From the IMG/VR virus record IMGVR_UViG_3300028534_000014, positions 55,272 through 119,271 of that record: DNA of 64,000 nucleotides. One strand, given 5' to 3'. The DNA comes from a virus. Each line of letters starts with the position of its first letter. Position 1 is the stretch's first letter. Below, one piece after another: positions 1 to 11,700 of this stretch. The notes below the pieces were generated by a model. That model did no database searches. It had not been told where the DNA came from and worked only from the letters and a program-made list of their open reading frames with translations. A program made the position numbers and the translations under genes.

Positions 1-1
1 T

Positions 2-1231
2 AATAGCAGATATCCTGTAGGTCTCAAATCTACATCAGGTTATACCCCTAAGAAAGATCAAGCCAAATATATCAAGCACTTAGTAGAAAGACCTGATAAC
101 AATAATAAATATCTTTTAGACTTATTCACTGGTGGAGGGAAAACGTACATTTCAACAGAGGCTCTGTCACAAATAGGTGAAAGATATTTCTTATTAACTA
201 AAGCGAAATATATTAATAAGTGGAAAGATGATGTCAAATTCTATCATGGGGTAAAGCCAGAAGAGGTCTATCAATTTAGAGGGTTAGAGTCATTTTACGC
301 ATTCTTTCAAATACCAGAAGAGATAAGAGATAACATAAAAATCTTTATGTGTTCAACAACCACTATGGCTAATCTTATTAAAGCGTATATAACAGGGAAA
401 GAAAAGATAATAAACCCTTATACATTATTTAAGGATATCAAGGTTAATATTATGTTAGTAGATGAGATACATCAACATTTTGAAAGTATCTACAAAGCTA
501 ACATAGTACTTAACCCTAGATTACTTATAGGGTTATCTGCTACATTAGTTACTAAAGATAATGCACTTAAAAAGATATATTATCAGATGTTCCCTGAAGC
601 TAGAAGGTTGTCATTCACATACTATACACCATATATAGATTATTATCTATATAGATACACTATCCGTAAGAACCAACGCTTCAAGATAAAGAGAGGCAAT
701 TATGGTTATAGCCATAACTTATTGGAGAATAGTATTATGAAAAATTATAATACTGAGATAAGATATAAAGAGTTTATTTATAAACTCATAGATAGACACT
801 ATATACAACGGCGAAAGCCTGGGCAAAAAGCTATAGTATTTGTAGCTAGTATAGAGTTTGCTACTAAGTTAACTGAATATTTGCAGAAACAATTAAAGGA
901 TATGAAAGTATCTAGATATGTAGAGAATGACTCTTATGAGAATTTACATGGCGATGATCTTGATATAATCGTATCATCACACGGCTCGGCTGGAACTGCT
1001 GAGGATATTAAAGGTCTAATAACTGTCATAAATACAGTTAACGTAGACTCATACCCAACCAATGTACAAGTATTCGGTAGACTTAGGGATGTGGATGGGG
1101 TACAGATGCAATTTGTGCAGATTATGGATAAAACTATAAAACAACATTCGGCATACCTTAAATCACAGCTCACAGTACTCAGAGGCAAGCCTAAGAGTAT
1201 TATAATGAATGAGTACTATAACCTAATTTAG
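2..1231 (+). CDS. SF2 (DEAD/H-like) helicase, phiKZ gp075-like; 5'-truncated by the window
   Basis: Frame +2 is open from base 2, upstream of the ORF-track start. Walker A LFTGGGKT (~121-145), motif II LVDEIH, motif III LSAT, motif VI QVFGRLR. Confidence 0.88.
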   Translation, partial: NSRYPVGLKSTSGYTPKKDQAKYIKHLVERPDNNNKYLLDLFTGGGKTYISTEALSQIGERYFLLTKAKYINKWKDDVKFYHGVKPEEVYQFRGLESFYAFFQIPEEIRDNIKIFMCSTTTMANLIKAYITGKEKIINPYTLFKDIKVNIMLVDEIHQHFESIYKANIVLNPRLLIGLSATLVTKDNALKKIYYQMFPEARRLSFTYYTPYIDYYLYRYTIRKNQRFKIKRGNYGYSHNLLENSIMKNYNTEIRYKEFIYKLIDRHYIQRRKPGQKAIVFVASIEFATKLTEYLQKQLKDMKVSRYVENDSYENLHGDDLDIIVSSHGSAGTAEDIKGLITVINTVNVDSYPTNVQVFGRLRDVDGVQMQFVQIMDKTIKQHSAYLKSQLTVLRGKPKSIIMNEYYNLI

Positions 1232-1249
1232 TACTCTTTATTTTTTTTT
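1211..1249 (+). terminator. Hairpin plus T-tract at the helicase stop
   Basis: GAGTACTA-N10-TAGTACTC followed by TTTATTTTTTTTT. Confidence 0.7.
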
Positions 1250-1262
1250 ATAAAGGATAAAT

Positions 1263-2171
1263 ATGGCACTACATATCAGCTTCCCGCCACCAGGGTTAGC
1301 GAATAATGAGAAATTAATCGGGACAAGAGTAAAGATTTATGAAGATAGAGAGAAGAGTAGACTAAAGTACACTACTGATGAAACAACTAGTCCATTATCT
1401 TTAGTAAGAGACCCTGGTCTAACTATCAATCAAACCTACTATGTTGAAGGAGCGTATATATTAGAGCCAGGGGGACTACAGGCATTCAGTCCGTTAGTGG
1501 AGTTTACTGTGACTGATAATAATGATATCACTTTAGACGCACTAACTCCAATGGATAAACCTAGACCGTATATTACTATGAGAGAGATTGATGAGGAGAG
1601 TCAGCATACGCTATTACACTTTGATATAGGGTTTACTGGGAAGGTATATCCTATAAAGACTATATCTTGGGTGCTAAAAGATAGCAATGGTGATATAGTG
1701 GATTATATATTAAATAGTGGTAGAGCTATTCATTTTGAAACAAATGCTTTATTACTACCATCTAAAGTCTATACAATAACGGCATTGGTTACATTAACTA
1801 ATAATGTATCTAGTTTTCCCATTAGTAAAACTTTTTATACTGCTAAATATTACCACGATGGTTTTAGTTTTGATAAAAATAGATTTGATGCAGGGGACTT
1901 TAGAAATACTAAGGTATATTTCAATCTAGAGAATAATCATAATGTGATTAGACTAGAGGTTCTTGACGAGGGCGGGATTGTTAATAGTCATACATTCTCA
2001 GGAGATTATATAGATGTAGCACAATATATTGATGTTACCGCTAATGCTGTGATGAGGTTCATCAGTATAGATAATGATGGTGTGGAAAGAGGACCATTAT
2101 ATTTCTATCATTTTATTGATAGTAGCAGTATGTTACCATCAGGTTTACCATACAATACAAGAGAGGAATAA
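1263..2171 (+). CDS. Putative virion structural protein with Ig/Fn3-like beta domains
   Basis: AAAGGA RBS. Beta-rich sequence that resembles the N-terminus of 61900..63639. C-terminal LPSGLPY motif. Lies upstream of the tail fibre cluster. Confidence 0.5.
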   Translation: MALHISFPPPGLANNEKLIGTRVKIYEDREKSRLKYTTDETTSPLSLVRDPGLTINQTYYVEGAYILEPGGLQAFSPLVEFTVTDNNDITLDALTPMDKPRPYITMREIDEESQHTLLHFDIGFTGKVYPIKTISWVLKDSNGDIVDYILNSGRAIHFETNALLLPSKVYTITALVTLTNNVSSFPISKTFYTAKYYHDGFSFDKNRFDAGDFRNTKVYFNLENNHNVIRLEVLDEGGIVNSHTFSGDYIDVAQYIDVTANAVMRFISIDNDGVERGPLYFYHFIDSSSMLPSGLPYNTREE

Positions 2172-2173
2172 GA

Positions 2174-2860
2174 ATGAACGATTTAATGTCAGATATATCA
2201 TCAGAAGATATAAATGCAGATGCTAAAAGTAAACTATTAGCTAGCCTAGTCGCAAAAGGACCAAAATTAACTCTAGCTGTAGTAGATAATTTAAACAAGA
2301 TTAAAAAAGCTAAAGAGAGATTATTAAATACGACTACTATTAGTTGGAACTCATTACCAGCAGACTTGGAAAGTCGTAGTAGAGCATTCTTTAACTTTAA
2401 CACATTGCCTAAGATGCCTTTATATGAAGTATATTTAAAGAATATACTAACAAATAACCTAATAAAATCTCCGTTATATACTGGTATTATAAATAAGTTA
2501 TCTATTGAATATAATAACAAAGATTTAATATTGGATAATTGGTATGTATCTGATATAGATGGCACAGATATCACTTTACTAAATCTCCGCAATGGCGTTT
2601 TAGCTAATTTTAATTATAAAGGACATCCTTCAACTACTATAGAATTCGGTATACGGGAGATATTAGATTGTATAAATATGATAACAGATAACATACATCT
2701 TGATATTTATGCCAATTATGCCAATACATTAAGTGACGAATACATGTCTTTACTGGAAATAGAGGTATTTGAAAAAATGATAGATGGCATGGGCTCGCTC
2801 TATATTGAATTAACTGATTTGATAGCAACATTAACAGACTATATAGATTATCACGGCTAA
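2174..2860 (+). CDS. Hypothetical protein, probably tail-associated
   Basis: 228-aa ORF coupled to the upstream gene and preceding the tail fibres. No catalytic motif recognised. Confidence 0.5.
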   Translation: MNDLMSDISSEDINADAKSKLLASLVAKGPKLTLAVVDNLNKIKKAKERLLNTTTISWNSLPADLESRSRAFFNFNTLPKMPLYEVYLKNILTNNLIKSPLYTGIINKLSIEYNNKDLILDNWYVSDIDGTDITLLNLRNGVLANFNYKGHPSTTIEFGIREILDCINMITDNIHLDIYANYANTLSDEYMSLLEIEVFEKMIDGMGSLYIELTDLIATLTDYIDYHG

Positions 2861-2874
2861 GTCCGTGATAATCT
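2845..2874 (+). terminator. 12-bp hairpin with the stop codon in the loop
   Basis: AGATTATCACGG-CTAAGT-CCGTGATAATCT; no T-tract. Confidence 0.6.
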
Positions 2875-2905
2875 GTTAGTTGACATAACTACAAAGGATA
2901 AAACT

Positions 2906-5899
2906 ATGTTTATCGATGATAATATAGATATATTAACAGCAAAAGATTTGAATGTTATATATAGCAATTTTAACTACATAATCACTCAGACAGGAGATAG
3001 TAAACCAGACAGTCCTGCTGATATACAGATGATAACAGCTTTACAGAAGATGTCTTGTTTAGAATGGAGCTATTCGATAAATAATTCTAATAATATAGTA
3101 TTAAATCCCCCTATAGCAGATTTAGCTATATTTGATGGATTTAGAATAGAATTAGATTTGAATGTAACAATAACGCCAGACACTAAGATTGATTATAATA
3201 ATAGCCAATATGATATCAAGATAGCAAACGTTACGATTAATAATAATGTAGATATAACTGGTTCTACTGTATTAATATATGAGAACAATGTATTTAATAT
3301 CTATCCATATGGTATAGACCTTTCTAACATTGTATCTGGCAAATATTTACGATTAAAAGATAGTACGCCATATAACAATATCTTGACAACTACTATACAC
3401 GATACAGTTAAGGCATACATCCATTTAACGAAATTTCATATTCCTCCTGGTATGCCTAAATGGAGAGTAAGTAATATTAATAACTTAGGCTCATTTGGTG
3501 CTACTGTTAAAATAGCTTATAAAGCAAATGGTAAACAAGAGGTATGTAACTTCATTATCTATACTGAGCTATATAGCAGTCAAAGTAATACAGTTTCAGA
3601 TGGATATATGAGAATAATGCATCTTTCTACTGAAAGTGGTATTACTGCTACACTTAAGATGCAAAGAGTGGTTAATAGCAATACTCCGGATAGTATTGAG
3701 TACTTCTTAGATATTAAACAAAATGGTACGCCTATTGTAATTGATTATTTCATTATTGATAATGTTATAGGGTCGCAATTAGTATTTCTCCAACTGGATG
3801 ACGATATAGCAATAAGTACAGATAACCCTAATAGCTTAATTGACTCAAATAGTATTATTGCTGAAGATACTGATGCTATATTAGGTCATAACATTGAGTA
3901 TCTATACACATCACAAAACGTTGTTAGTGATACTTTCTATAAATATAGTTATAGAAATACTAATACACCTACAGATGATTATTGGTTTATATTGCATCTG
4001 AAATCTGATACAGGTTTAGAGATAGAGGAAGCAAATAGAAATGGGACTAAATACATACGTATGAAGTTGGGGTCTGATACTGCCTGGGCTACATGGGTAC
4101 GAAAAACCCCTGAACTCAACTCTCTAGTTAATAGTTTAAAGACATATATCAGAGGCGGTGATAATAGTTTAACGTTGCAAGATATTAAAAATCAGTTAGA
4201 TACAATTAATACCACACTATTAGATATATACGATAAAGATTATGTAGCTAAAGGTGGTGATAGCGCAAAGAGTTTGATAGTAGGTACTGCTGATGATAAC
4301 TCTTCTGATAATACAACAGTAAACCTTGAATATGCGTTATCTAAATTTTATAAAAAGAGCGATGTTCCATCAGACCCACAACCTAGTGATCATATATTCT
4401 GGGCTGATAATACTCAGATAGCTCATAAATGCGTAACTGACCATACAAGCGATACTAGAGTATATAAAAGAGCTGCATTAGATGTTTATGATAAGAGTAG
4501 TTACCAGATAATTAATAATCTCTTTTACGATAATGCTTCATCTCCAAATCGTTCTAAGAATACACATGGTGCATATGCGTATAGTTTAATCATGTCTGAA
4601 CATACTATAAGTATTAGTATAAATAATAATGCAAGACAGTTTATAAGCGGAATGCATTTGCCTAAAAGACTGAGTTCAATATCAACAACCGCAACTAATA
4701 ACGGTGGATATTATAGATATACAGAAGGAAGCGATGCGCGCCGTTATCCAACTGAAACTATACCATATATATATACATTAGATAAAGTGATGTGGGAGTA
4801 TATTGAGACTGTTAAACCAGATATAGATATAGTCAAACGCATCGATGTAGTAGGGTTAGGTAGAGCTTTATTAATTCATAAATATAATGGAATTTCTCTA
4901 TACGGTACAGGTAAAACTAATGATTTTATTTCAGAGTTATCAGCACCGTATTATATAGATGCTTATAAGATAGTAGCTGATGATATAAATATAGGGGTAT
5001 TAACAATTTCTAAGAAACTATATGGGTTATCATTTGATTTGGATAATGATACAAAACCTACGTTTCCTATTATGAGCGATGCGACAGCAATGCCTCAATT
5101 GATAGCAGATAATGTCTCTGACTATGATACATCTATCAATATAACAACCTATGTGTCTGATGGTAATTTGTATGTTAGAGGTACTAATACATTTGGTGTG
5201 GGTGGAACTAGTAGTGATGAGGAGATCACAGATTGGACACAATCATCAACAGCGCCTTCTAATATTACAAAGGTTTTCTGTATCGATCATCACACATACG
5301 TATTAACCGATGATAATAAAATGTATGTAGCTAGTAGTTGTGATCAGCCATATTTAACTAAACTAGATAATAGAGATACTTCTTTCATAGACCATACCAC
5401 AGCCTTGAATAACGATGGACTGGCACCAAACTCAATAGACGTTATAGCAGGAATTGAGTCGGCGACATTTATACAACAAGGAGACTTGGTATATGCTATC
5501 ATGGCTGAGTATGGTGAAATATATGGTCTAGATTATACTATACCAACAGATCATTATGGGTTATTAATGTCAGATGTATTAAAAGTAATACAGCGCTCTA
5601 GATATCATGTAGAGATACAATTAAAGAATAGAAGCAGTATACATATATTACAGGGCTTTTATAAATATGGTGAGTTCAAATATAGTGAAGGGATAGTGAA
5701 TATTATATCTGGGAATAATCCTTTATCCATAGATGAAACATATTCACTCTATGGCAAACTTACTATAGATAAAAAGCATGTTAGAATATATTCAACACAA
5801 TGCAAGATTAACGGACAATGGTGCGTTGATAGACGTACGGCAGATAGTAAAGGGTATATTATCAAGATGCCTGCTAAATTATTAACACAAGGACATTAA
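2906..5899 (+). CDS. Tail fibre/receptor-binding protein 1 with C-terminal RCC1/BLIP-II-like propeller
   Basis: N-terminal AKDLN anchor-like motif shared with the next two genes. Knob-like segment GTKYIRMKLGSDTAWATW. RCC1-like repeats such as DGNLYVRGTNTFGVGG and HTYVLTDDNKMYV. Confidence 0.65.
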   Translation: MFIDDNIDILTAKDLNVIYSNFNYIITQTGDSKPDSPADIQMITALQKMSCLEWSYSINNSNNIVLNPPIADLAIFDGFRIELDLNVTITPDTKIDYNNSQYDIKIANVTINNNVDITGSTVLIYENNVFNIYPYGIDLSNIVSGKYLRLKDSTPYNNILTTTIHDTVKAYIHLTKFHIPPGMPKWRVSNINNLGSFGATVKIAYKANGKQEVCNFIIYTELYSSQSNTVSDGYMRIMHLSTESGITATLKMQRVVNSNTPDSIEYFLDIKQNGTPIVIDYFIIDNVIGSQLVFLQLDDDIAISTDNPNSLIDSNSIIAEDTDAILGHNIEYLYTSQNVVSDTFYKYSYRNTNTPTDDYWFILHLKSDTGLEIEEANRNGTKYIRMKLGSDTAWATWVRKTPELNSLVNSLKTYIRGGDNSLTLQDIKNQLDTINTTLLDIYDKDYVAKGGDSAKSLIVGTADDNSSDNTTVNLEYALSKFYKKSDVPSDPQPSDHIFWADNTQIAHKCVTDHTSDTRVYKRAALDVYDKSSYQIINNLFYDNASSPNRSKNTHGAYAYSLIMSEHTISISINNNARQFISGMHLPKRLSSISTTATNNGGYYRYTEGSDARRYPTETIPYIYTLDKVMWEYIETVKPDIDIVKRIDVVGLGRALLIHKYNGISLYGTGKTNDFISELSAPYYIDAYKIVADDINIGVLTISKKLYGLSFDLDNDTKPTFPIMSDATAMPQLIADNVSDYDTSINITTYVSDGNLYVRGTNTFGVGGTSSDEEITDWTQSSTAPSNITKVFCIDHHTYVLTDDNKMYVASSCDQPYLTKLDNRDTSFIDHTTALNNDGLAPNSIDVIAGIESATFIQQGDLVYAIMAEYGEIYGLDYTIPTDHYGLLMSDVLKVIQRSRYHVEIQLKNRSSIHILQGFYKYGEFKYSEGIVNIISGNNPLSIDETYSLYGKLTIDKKHVRIYSTQCKINGQWCVDRRTADSKGYIIKMPAKLLTQGH

Positions 5900-5900
5900 G

Positions 5901-8780
5901 ATGTTTATATATAAAGAAGATTATATACCTGGTAAAACAGGTCGTATATATAAATTCGAAAAGAATATCATAGCTAAAGAGTTAAATGCTATAACAGACG
6001 TAGATGGCTCAGAGCCATCGGCTATTTTTACAGGGATATATAGAAAAACTAGAAGTAAGAGTGATATTACAATAACTGATGATGGATTAGAGATAGTTAA
6101 TCAGCCAGCTATAGGTGTGTTGAGTTTCATATCCCCAATAACTAATACAGAAGATATAACTCTTAAAATAGATACTAAGGTTATACCTATACCGGCCAAC
6201 ACTTTATATGAAAATATGGTATATTATGTTGATATACCGAATGAGAAGATTATAGTAGCATCAACACCTAATACGATACATGAACTAGGTATAGATAATA
6301 TAGAGCTATCAAAAGGTATCAAGACAGTGAATAGTGATACACTATTCTCCATATTATACCCTCACATCACGGTAATGAGTTTACCAGGCTCTAATGAGAA
6401 GATTGTATTAAAAACACCTAGACCAGGTGATGCATCAGATGTGATAATACATATGTTCATAAAGGATGCTGTTCTAGGTATTGCTAAGGTATCATTACAC
6501 TATAATGATGATAGTAATACTAACTCTGTGATGATATCTAAGACTAACATATTAGGATATCAAGTATATATTAACAACAATAACAGCACAATAGAGTTTA
6601 TCTTTACAAAAGAGAATGGTAGCGATTTCCAAGATGTAGATTTTATTATCGAGTCGGTTAGCTATAGTGGTACAGCCGAGACTAGATTGGATGATAGCTG
6701 GAGTATAGAGGCATACACAGGAGATTTAGCAGGATTAACCGCTACCATTACTAATACAAAAGTGAATGATGCAACTAACATATTAGGTTATGATACTAGA
6801 AAGATATTTGGCTATATCGCAGATAATGCTGTATATACATCTAGTAATGCAGATGGCGTGAATACTGATGACGATGTTACATCATTCTATAGAAAGTATA
6901 TATATAATGATGGTAGTTCGCCTATCGCTTTTAATTACGTGGAGAATAATAAAGTTGATATATATCTTAATAATAGTTATTTAACGTCATTAGAGGTTAA
7001 GCTTTCAGATATCAACTTATCAGAATTATATGGACAAGATAACTTGCCTAATAATTTACAGACTATACATGATAACTGTGTGAACTTACAAAATAGCGCT
7101 GATGACACTGCTGTAGTATATTCTGGTTTAGCAACCTATCCTGGGAGCAGTGATAGCCAATTTATTAATAAAGCCCCAGAGGGCGATAGTGATGCTATTA
7201 TAAAAGGGTATGCTAATGCGACGTTACTAAGTAAAGATGTTGTAGTAGATGCCGATAGCTTTGAGGATATGGATAATGATATTCTATTCCAATTGCATAA
7301 ACCATTAAAAAGTGGTGAGACTTTAGCTACTAGTAGTTATCCATACATCAAAATAGTTAATAGTAATGATGCACCTGTTAGTAATGGGACTTTCTATATC
7401 ACCATTCTTCAACAAGGTAGCACTAGATACTTCTTTGCTGTAGGACTACCGACTAATAGTACTGATGCCTCTAGAACTATTGCTCTACCTGAAAAGTCGT
7501 TAATATATTCTGGATACTATGATAGTAATGCTAATAAATATATATGGAAGAAATTGGGAAGACATAATTATAAAGTATCCTATGACATTTATAAAGCATT
7601 CGAAAATGATGTTATAAAATTTGGATTAAACTATTTTAAATTAGTTAGAACTAGTGCAAATAATTTAATACCAATGAAGCAAACTCGTAGGAGTTTATAT
7701 GATGTGGATATGTTTATACCTTCTAATAAATATTATATCTATGTATTTACAAAAGATGAATGTAGATATGCGCATCATAGTGTAATGGATCCTATCACTA
7801 ATGAAGATGGTAACGGTAATGTTATATCAGATATATATAATATCAGAAAAGGTAACAGATACACTACTGTAAATAAAGGTTTACTAATTTTAACAACTGA
7901 TAATAAACTATATTGCTATCCACAAGAGGATAATGCATCTGGTTGTGGCCAATGTGTAAAATTGCAAGTTAATGATAGTGGATTAAGCGATGTGATCGAT
8001 TTCGGTTCTGGGCTTGATTTCACTTTCGCATTATTATCAGATGGTAGTATGAAGTTTACTGGAAATAATGTTGGTAATGTTTCTGGCATCGACAGTGATA
8101 CTAGCTCATATGCTGATTGGACTGATACAAACGATAAGTGCGCAGAGATATTCGCAGGTAAGAGTGAGATATTATTTAGAAAAGCAAACGGTGGTTGGCA
8201 CGGGCGCGGGAGTGCGAGTCTATTCAAGAATAGCACGAGTGCAGACTCTGATGGGTATACTGACGTTTATGCATTTAGCAATTTAGGAAATAAGGGTATT
8301 AAGAAGTTTGTAACAGCATTTGAGGATTATGGAGCTGTACTAACTGATACTAATGAAGTTTATGTAATTGGTAGTGTATCTAGTGGTAATCTTCCAGGGT
8401 TAACAGTATCAAGTGTGACTGACTTTACAAAACTAGACCTAAATTTCAAACCATGTGATATAGCTATTACAGAAAAAGCTATGGTGATTTTAGATATAAA
8501 TGGTAATGTATATACAGCACATGGTGATGTTACTGTCTATAAAGAAACTTATCCTGGCAGTAGCGTTGATGTATTTGGTAGAGTAAAATGCGATAAGTAT
8601 ATTACAGAATTAGTCTCCCGTAATGGTATGTGCTTAGCTAGAACTACTGAAAATGAATGGTTAAGATTTGCTACCACATTAGTACCTGGCTATTCGGGAT
8701 GGTATACTGCCGGTGTATCGCATAATGTATTTGGTTTTATTAATGTATTACCAATACCATTTAAAAAGATGTTAAAATAG
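5901..8780 (+). CDS. Tail fibre/receptor-binding protein 2 with RCC1/BLIP-II-like propeller
   Basis: N-terminal AKELN. Repeats DFGSGLDFTFALLSDGSMKFTGNN, YGAVLTDTNEVYVIG, MVILDINGNVYTA. Confidence 0.68.
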   Translation: MFIYKEDYIPGKTGRIYKFEKNIIAKELNAITDVDGSEPSAIFTGIYRKTRSKSDITITDDGLEIVNQPAIGVLSFISPITNTEDITLKIDTKVIPIPANTLYENMVYYVDIPNEKIIVASTPNTIHELGIDNIELSKGIKTVNSDTLFSILYPHITVMSLPGSNEKIVLKTPRPGDASDVIIHMFIKDAVLGIAKVSLHYNDDSNTNSVMISKTNILGYQVYINNNNSTIEFIFTKENGSDFQDVDFIIESVSYSGTAETRLDDSWSIEAYTGDLAGLTATITNTKVNDATNILGYDTRKIFGYIADNAVYTSSNADGVNTDDDVTSFYRKYIYNDGSSPIAFNYVENNKVDIYLNNSYLTSLEVKLSDINLSELYGQDNLPNNLQTIHDNCVNLQNSADDTAVVYSGLATYPGSSDSQFINKAPEGDSDAIIKGYANATLLSKDVVVDADSFEDMDNDILFQLHKPLKSGETLATSSYPYIKIVNSNDAPVSNGTFYITILQQGSTRYFFAVGLPTNSTDASRTIALPEKSLIYSGYYDSNANKYIWKKLGRHNYKVSYDIYKAFENDVIKFGLNYFKLVRTSANNLIPMKQTRRSLYDVDMFIPSNKYYIYVFTKDECRYAHHSVMDPITNEDGNGNVISDIYNIRKGNRYTTVNKGLLILTTDNKLYCYPQEDNASGCGQCVKLQVNDSGLSDVIDFGSGLDFTFALLSDGSMKFTGNNVGNVSGIDSDTSSYADWTDTNDKCAEIFAGKSEILFRKANGGWHGRGSASLFKNSTSADSDGYTDVYAFSNLGNKGIKKFVTAFEDYGAVLTDTNEVYVIGSVSSGNLPGLTVSSVTDFTKLDLNFKPCDIAITEKAMVILDINGNVYTAHGDVTVYKETYPGSSVDVFGRVKCDKYITELVSRNGMCLARTTENEWLRFATTLVPGYSGWYTAGVSHNVFGFINVLPIPFKKMLK

Positions 8781-8793
8781 GGGAGTATGAAGT

Positions 8794-11700
8794 ATGATAT
8801 ATTTTTACAACAATCGATTAGAAAAAATTGATAATAATACTGATGACGTAGGTCAGGTATATGCAATTGATATTAATAATATCTTTAAGATATTTGATAA
8901 CATTCGAAATATGCTACACTACACCGATAAAGAGAATATGGTCACACATAGCTTCTATCGGTTATCTAAGAGAGAATTAGGGGCTGTGACTATTGTAGGT
9001 AATACATATACGCTAATTGAGCCGAGTATACCTGCTGATGGTAGTGATATTAGAGCATACTTTAGACCTCCATCAACACCAGATGGAGAGCTATTCATAA
9101 AGATTAATAGTAGAGATACTTTACCTTTATATAACCATAGTGGTATAAGAGTGACTGGTGATATGATAACAGCGAATAGCCTGTATACTATTATTATCAA
9201 AAGTGATAGAGTAGTATTAGGTAAACCATTCACGAAGTTCGACGGCATAAATAACCTAGCCTCAACTGCTGTAACTGAAGAACCTTTCATTATTCCTATA
9301 GGGACAGATGCTTATAGTATCATTGGTGCTCAATATCTCATAAAGAAATTTAATAATGAGTATAATAACGATATTGTTATTTCTATACCTGATAGTGCTA
9401 TTAACTCTAAAGCGTTAATCAGTATGGAGATACTCTTAAAAACATTAGAGCATAATAAATCTATTAGTCTTGATATTTCTTTTAATTATGATAATAGTAC
9501 CACACCAAAGATAACTAATATTGCAGGACTAAGAAAGGAGGCGAATGATAGCGATATTGATATTCTGGTTTTAGATAATGGTATTGCACTTAGACCAAAA
9601 ACGAAATTTAAGAAGTTACTATTATCTATACCAAAGATAAGTATCAAAACAACATCTATAGAGAAATGGGTTAAAGGATGGAATGTTACAGAAAATGACT
9701 CTCTAAATCCTATAGCGATAGTTCCTACAAGTATAACAGCTAGTGTCCTTAATATCGAGCCAGACTCTAGATTAAATATCATGTTAAATCGTATAAGTAG
9801 ACATACATTGGCGGAGAGTCTCTATTATAGATATTGTATATCAACTATCTCTTACGATGGTCAGGATTATGAATGCTTTATAGAGACACATATGAATGGT
9901 CAGAATGGTATACAATTTGCATATAGCATAGATATGAATAAACCTTTCTACTTCTATAGGGAGATTGTTAACAATGATCACACAAGCGAATGGTACTCAC
10001 ATGACTTACTTAAGAATAGTGATAAAAATGCATTAATATCTGAATTAAAGAATGGTTATAATAAGACTATATATGATTTAATATTAACTTATGAAAGTCT
10101 ATATGGGACTAATACTAGTCTATATAGCGATAGTACTCTATACTTCCAGGCTGGAGGTGATAGTAATTATACATTAGCAGTAAGCGATATCACGACTGAT
10201 AGTAATAATAAATTAGCATTGAATAAAAAGAGTGCTAATAGTATCTTCGTGCCTAGCACGTATAAACTATATGCATCAGAGTTCGATGGTAAAAATAGTG
10301 ATTACTATAAACTACCACCAGTATCTACATATACTTTAGACACTGGTGATAAAGCTGATGCTATATTTAGTAGAGCGCATGAAACTGTTGATACAGCTAG
10401 ACGCGGTATAATGGAAAGATATCTTAACATATCGGAAGGGTCAGTTACAGATATAAATAAATTCATTAGACTAGATGCCGATTTACCATATGTGTCTTGT
10501 AGTTTTATAGGACATAATAGACGAGTTAAGATTGGCAATATACTAAATGGGGTGAATAAGGTAATCGATACTGACGCCAGCCCAGATGAAACGTATAAAG
10601 CCACTAAATATGTTGTTAATGATAACTCCGTCTCTGAATATTATGTAGTACCTGAAGAGCCTGATACTTTTAGAGACTCTAAAGCAGGTTCATTAGCATT
10701 ATATAATTTTAAAGAGATGTTTGATATAGGGTTTAATTTAGCCGGAGTGACATATGGTAATAAGTTAATTAAAGAGTATGGCGATGTTGTCCAGTTAACA
10801 TCATATCCAAAGATATTCACAGCAAGAGATTTGAAAAGATTAGTCTATGTAATAGATACTGAAGCAAAAGTCATACATTATTATTCAAGAACCAATGATG
10901 TCGGTGAGGCTTACTTGGTATCTTCTAGCGATACTGGATGGAATAGCATTACATTAGATAAACTACCTGAAACTATCTCCATTACAGCATACATGACATT
11001 TACACATTTTCTAGATAGTAATGGTAATTATCTTATGGTAAGTGGAGTGCAAGACTGGGTAAGAGATATCACAGGAGATACTGGTTATACTCCAGCAGAC
11101 AATCCTGATGGAGTTAAGATAGATGGTGTAGATGAGTTCTACGCATCTGATCATATCTTAATATATAGAAAAGGAAGTGACTGGTTTGTAAATGGTACAG
11201 TAGCGGGAACTAGTTATAATGCTGAGCCGCTAGATAATGTATATGGCAATCTACCATCCAATATTAAAGAGGGTTATAATCTCATAGATGGTTTAGTGTT
11301 ATTAACAGAAGACGGAAGACTATTTACTACATACACACAAGACGATTATCAATCAGAGATATTTAATACTACTGATAGCATCGGTAAGAATTTTTATACG
11401 CTTTATGATATCGGTGATATAAAGAAGGTTCATACCTCTATTAGTTATCTACCGTTTTTTATGTTTGAAAGATATGATGGGACATTCATAACATTTAATC
11501 AGACTACTCACTATCGTTCATTCCAAACAGTGGATGACACGAGATTTACATATCCAGCTAATTTGGAGATAGTAAATACAAATGGGTCGATTAGAATATT
11601 AAAAGATAAACAGACATTAGAGATCTATACAGTATCTGTATATCGCGATGGATTAACTAAACATGGTATAGATTTTAGAGCATATTCTAACAATGCTGAT

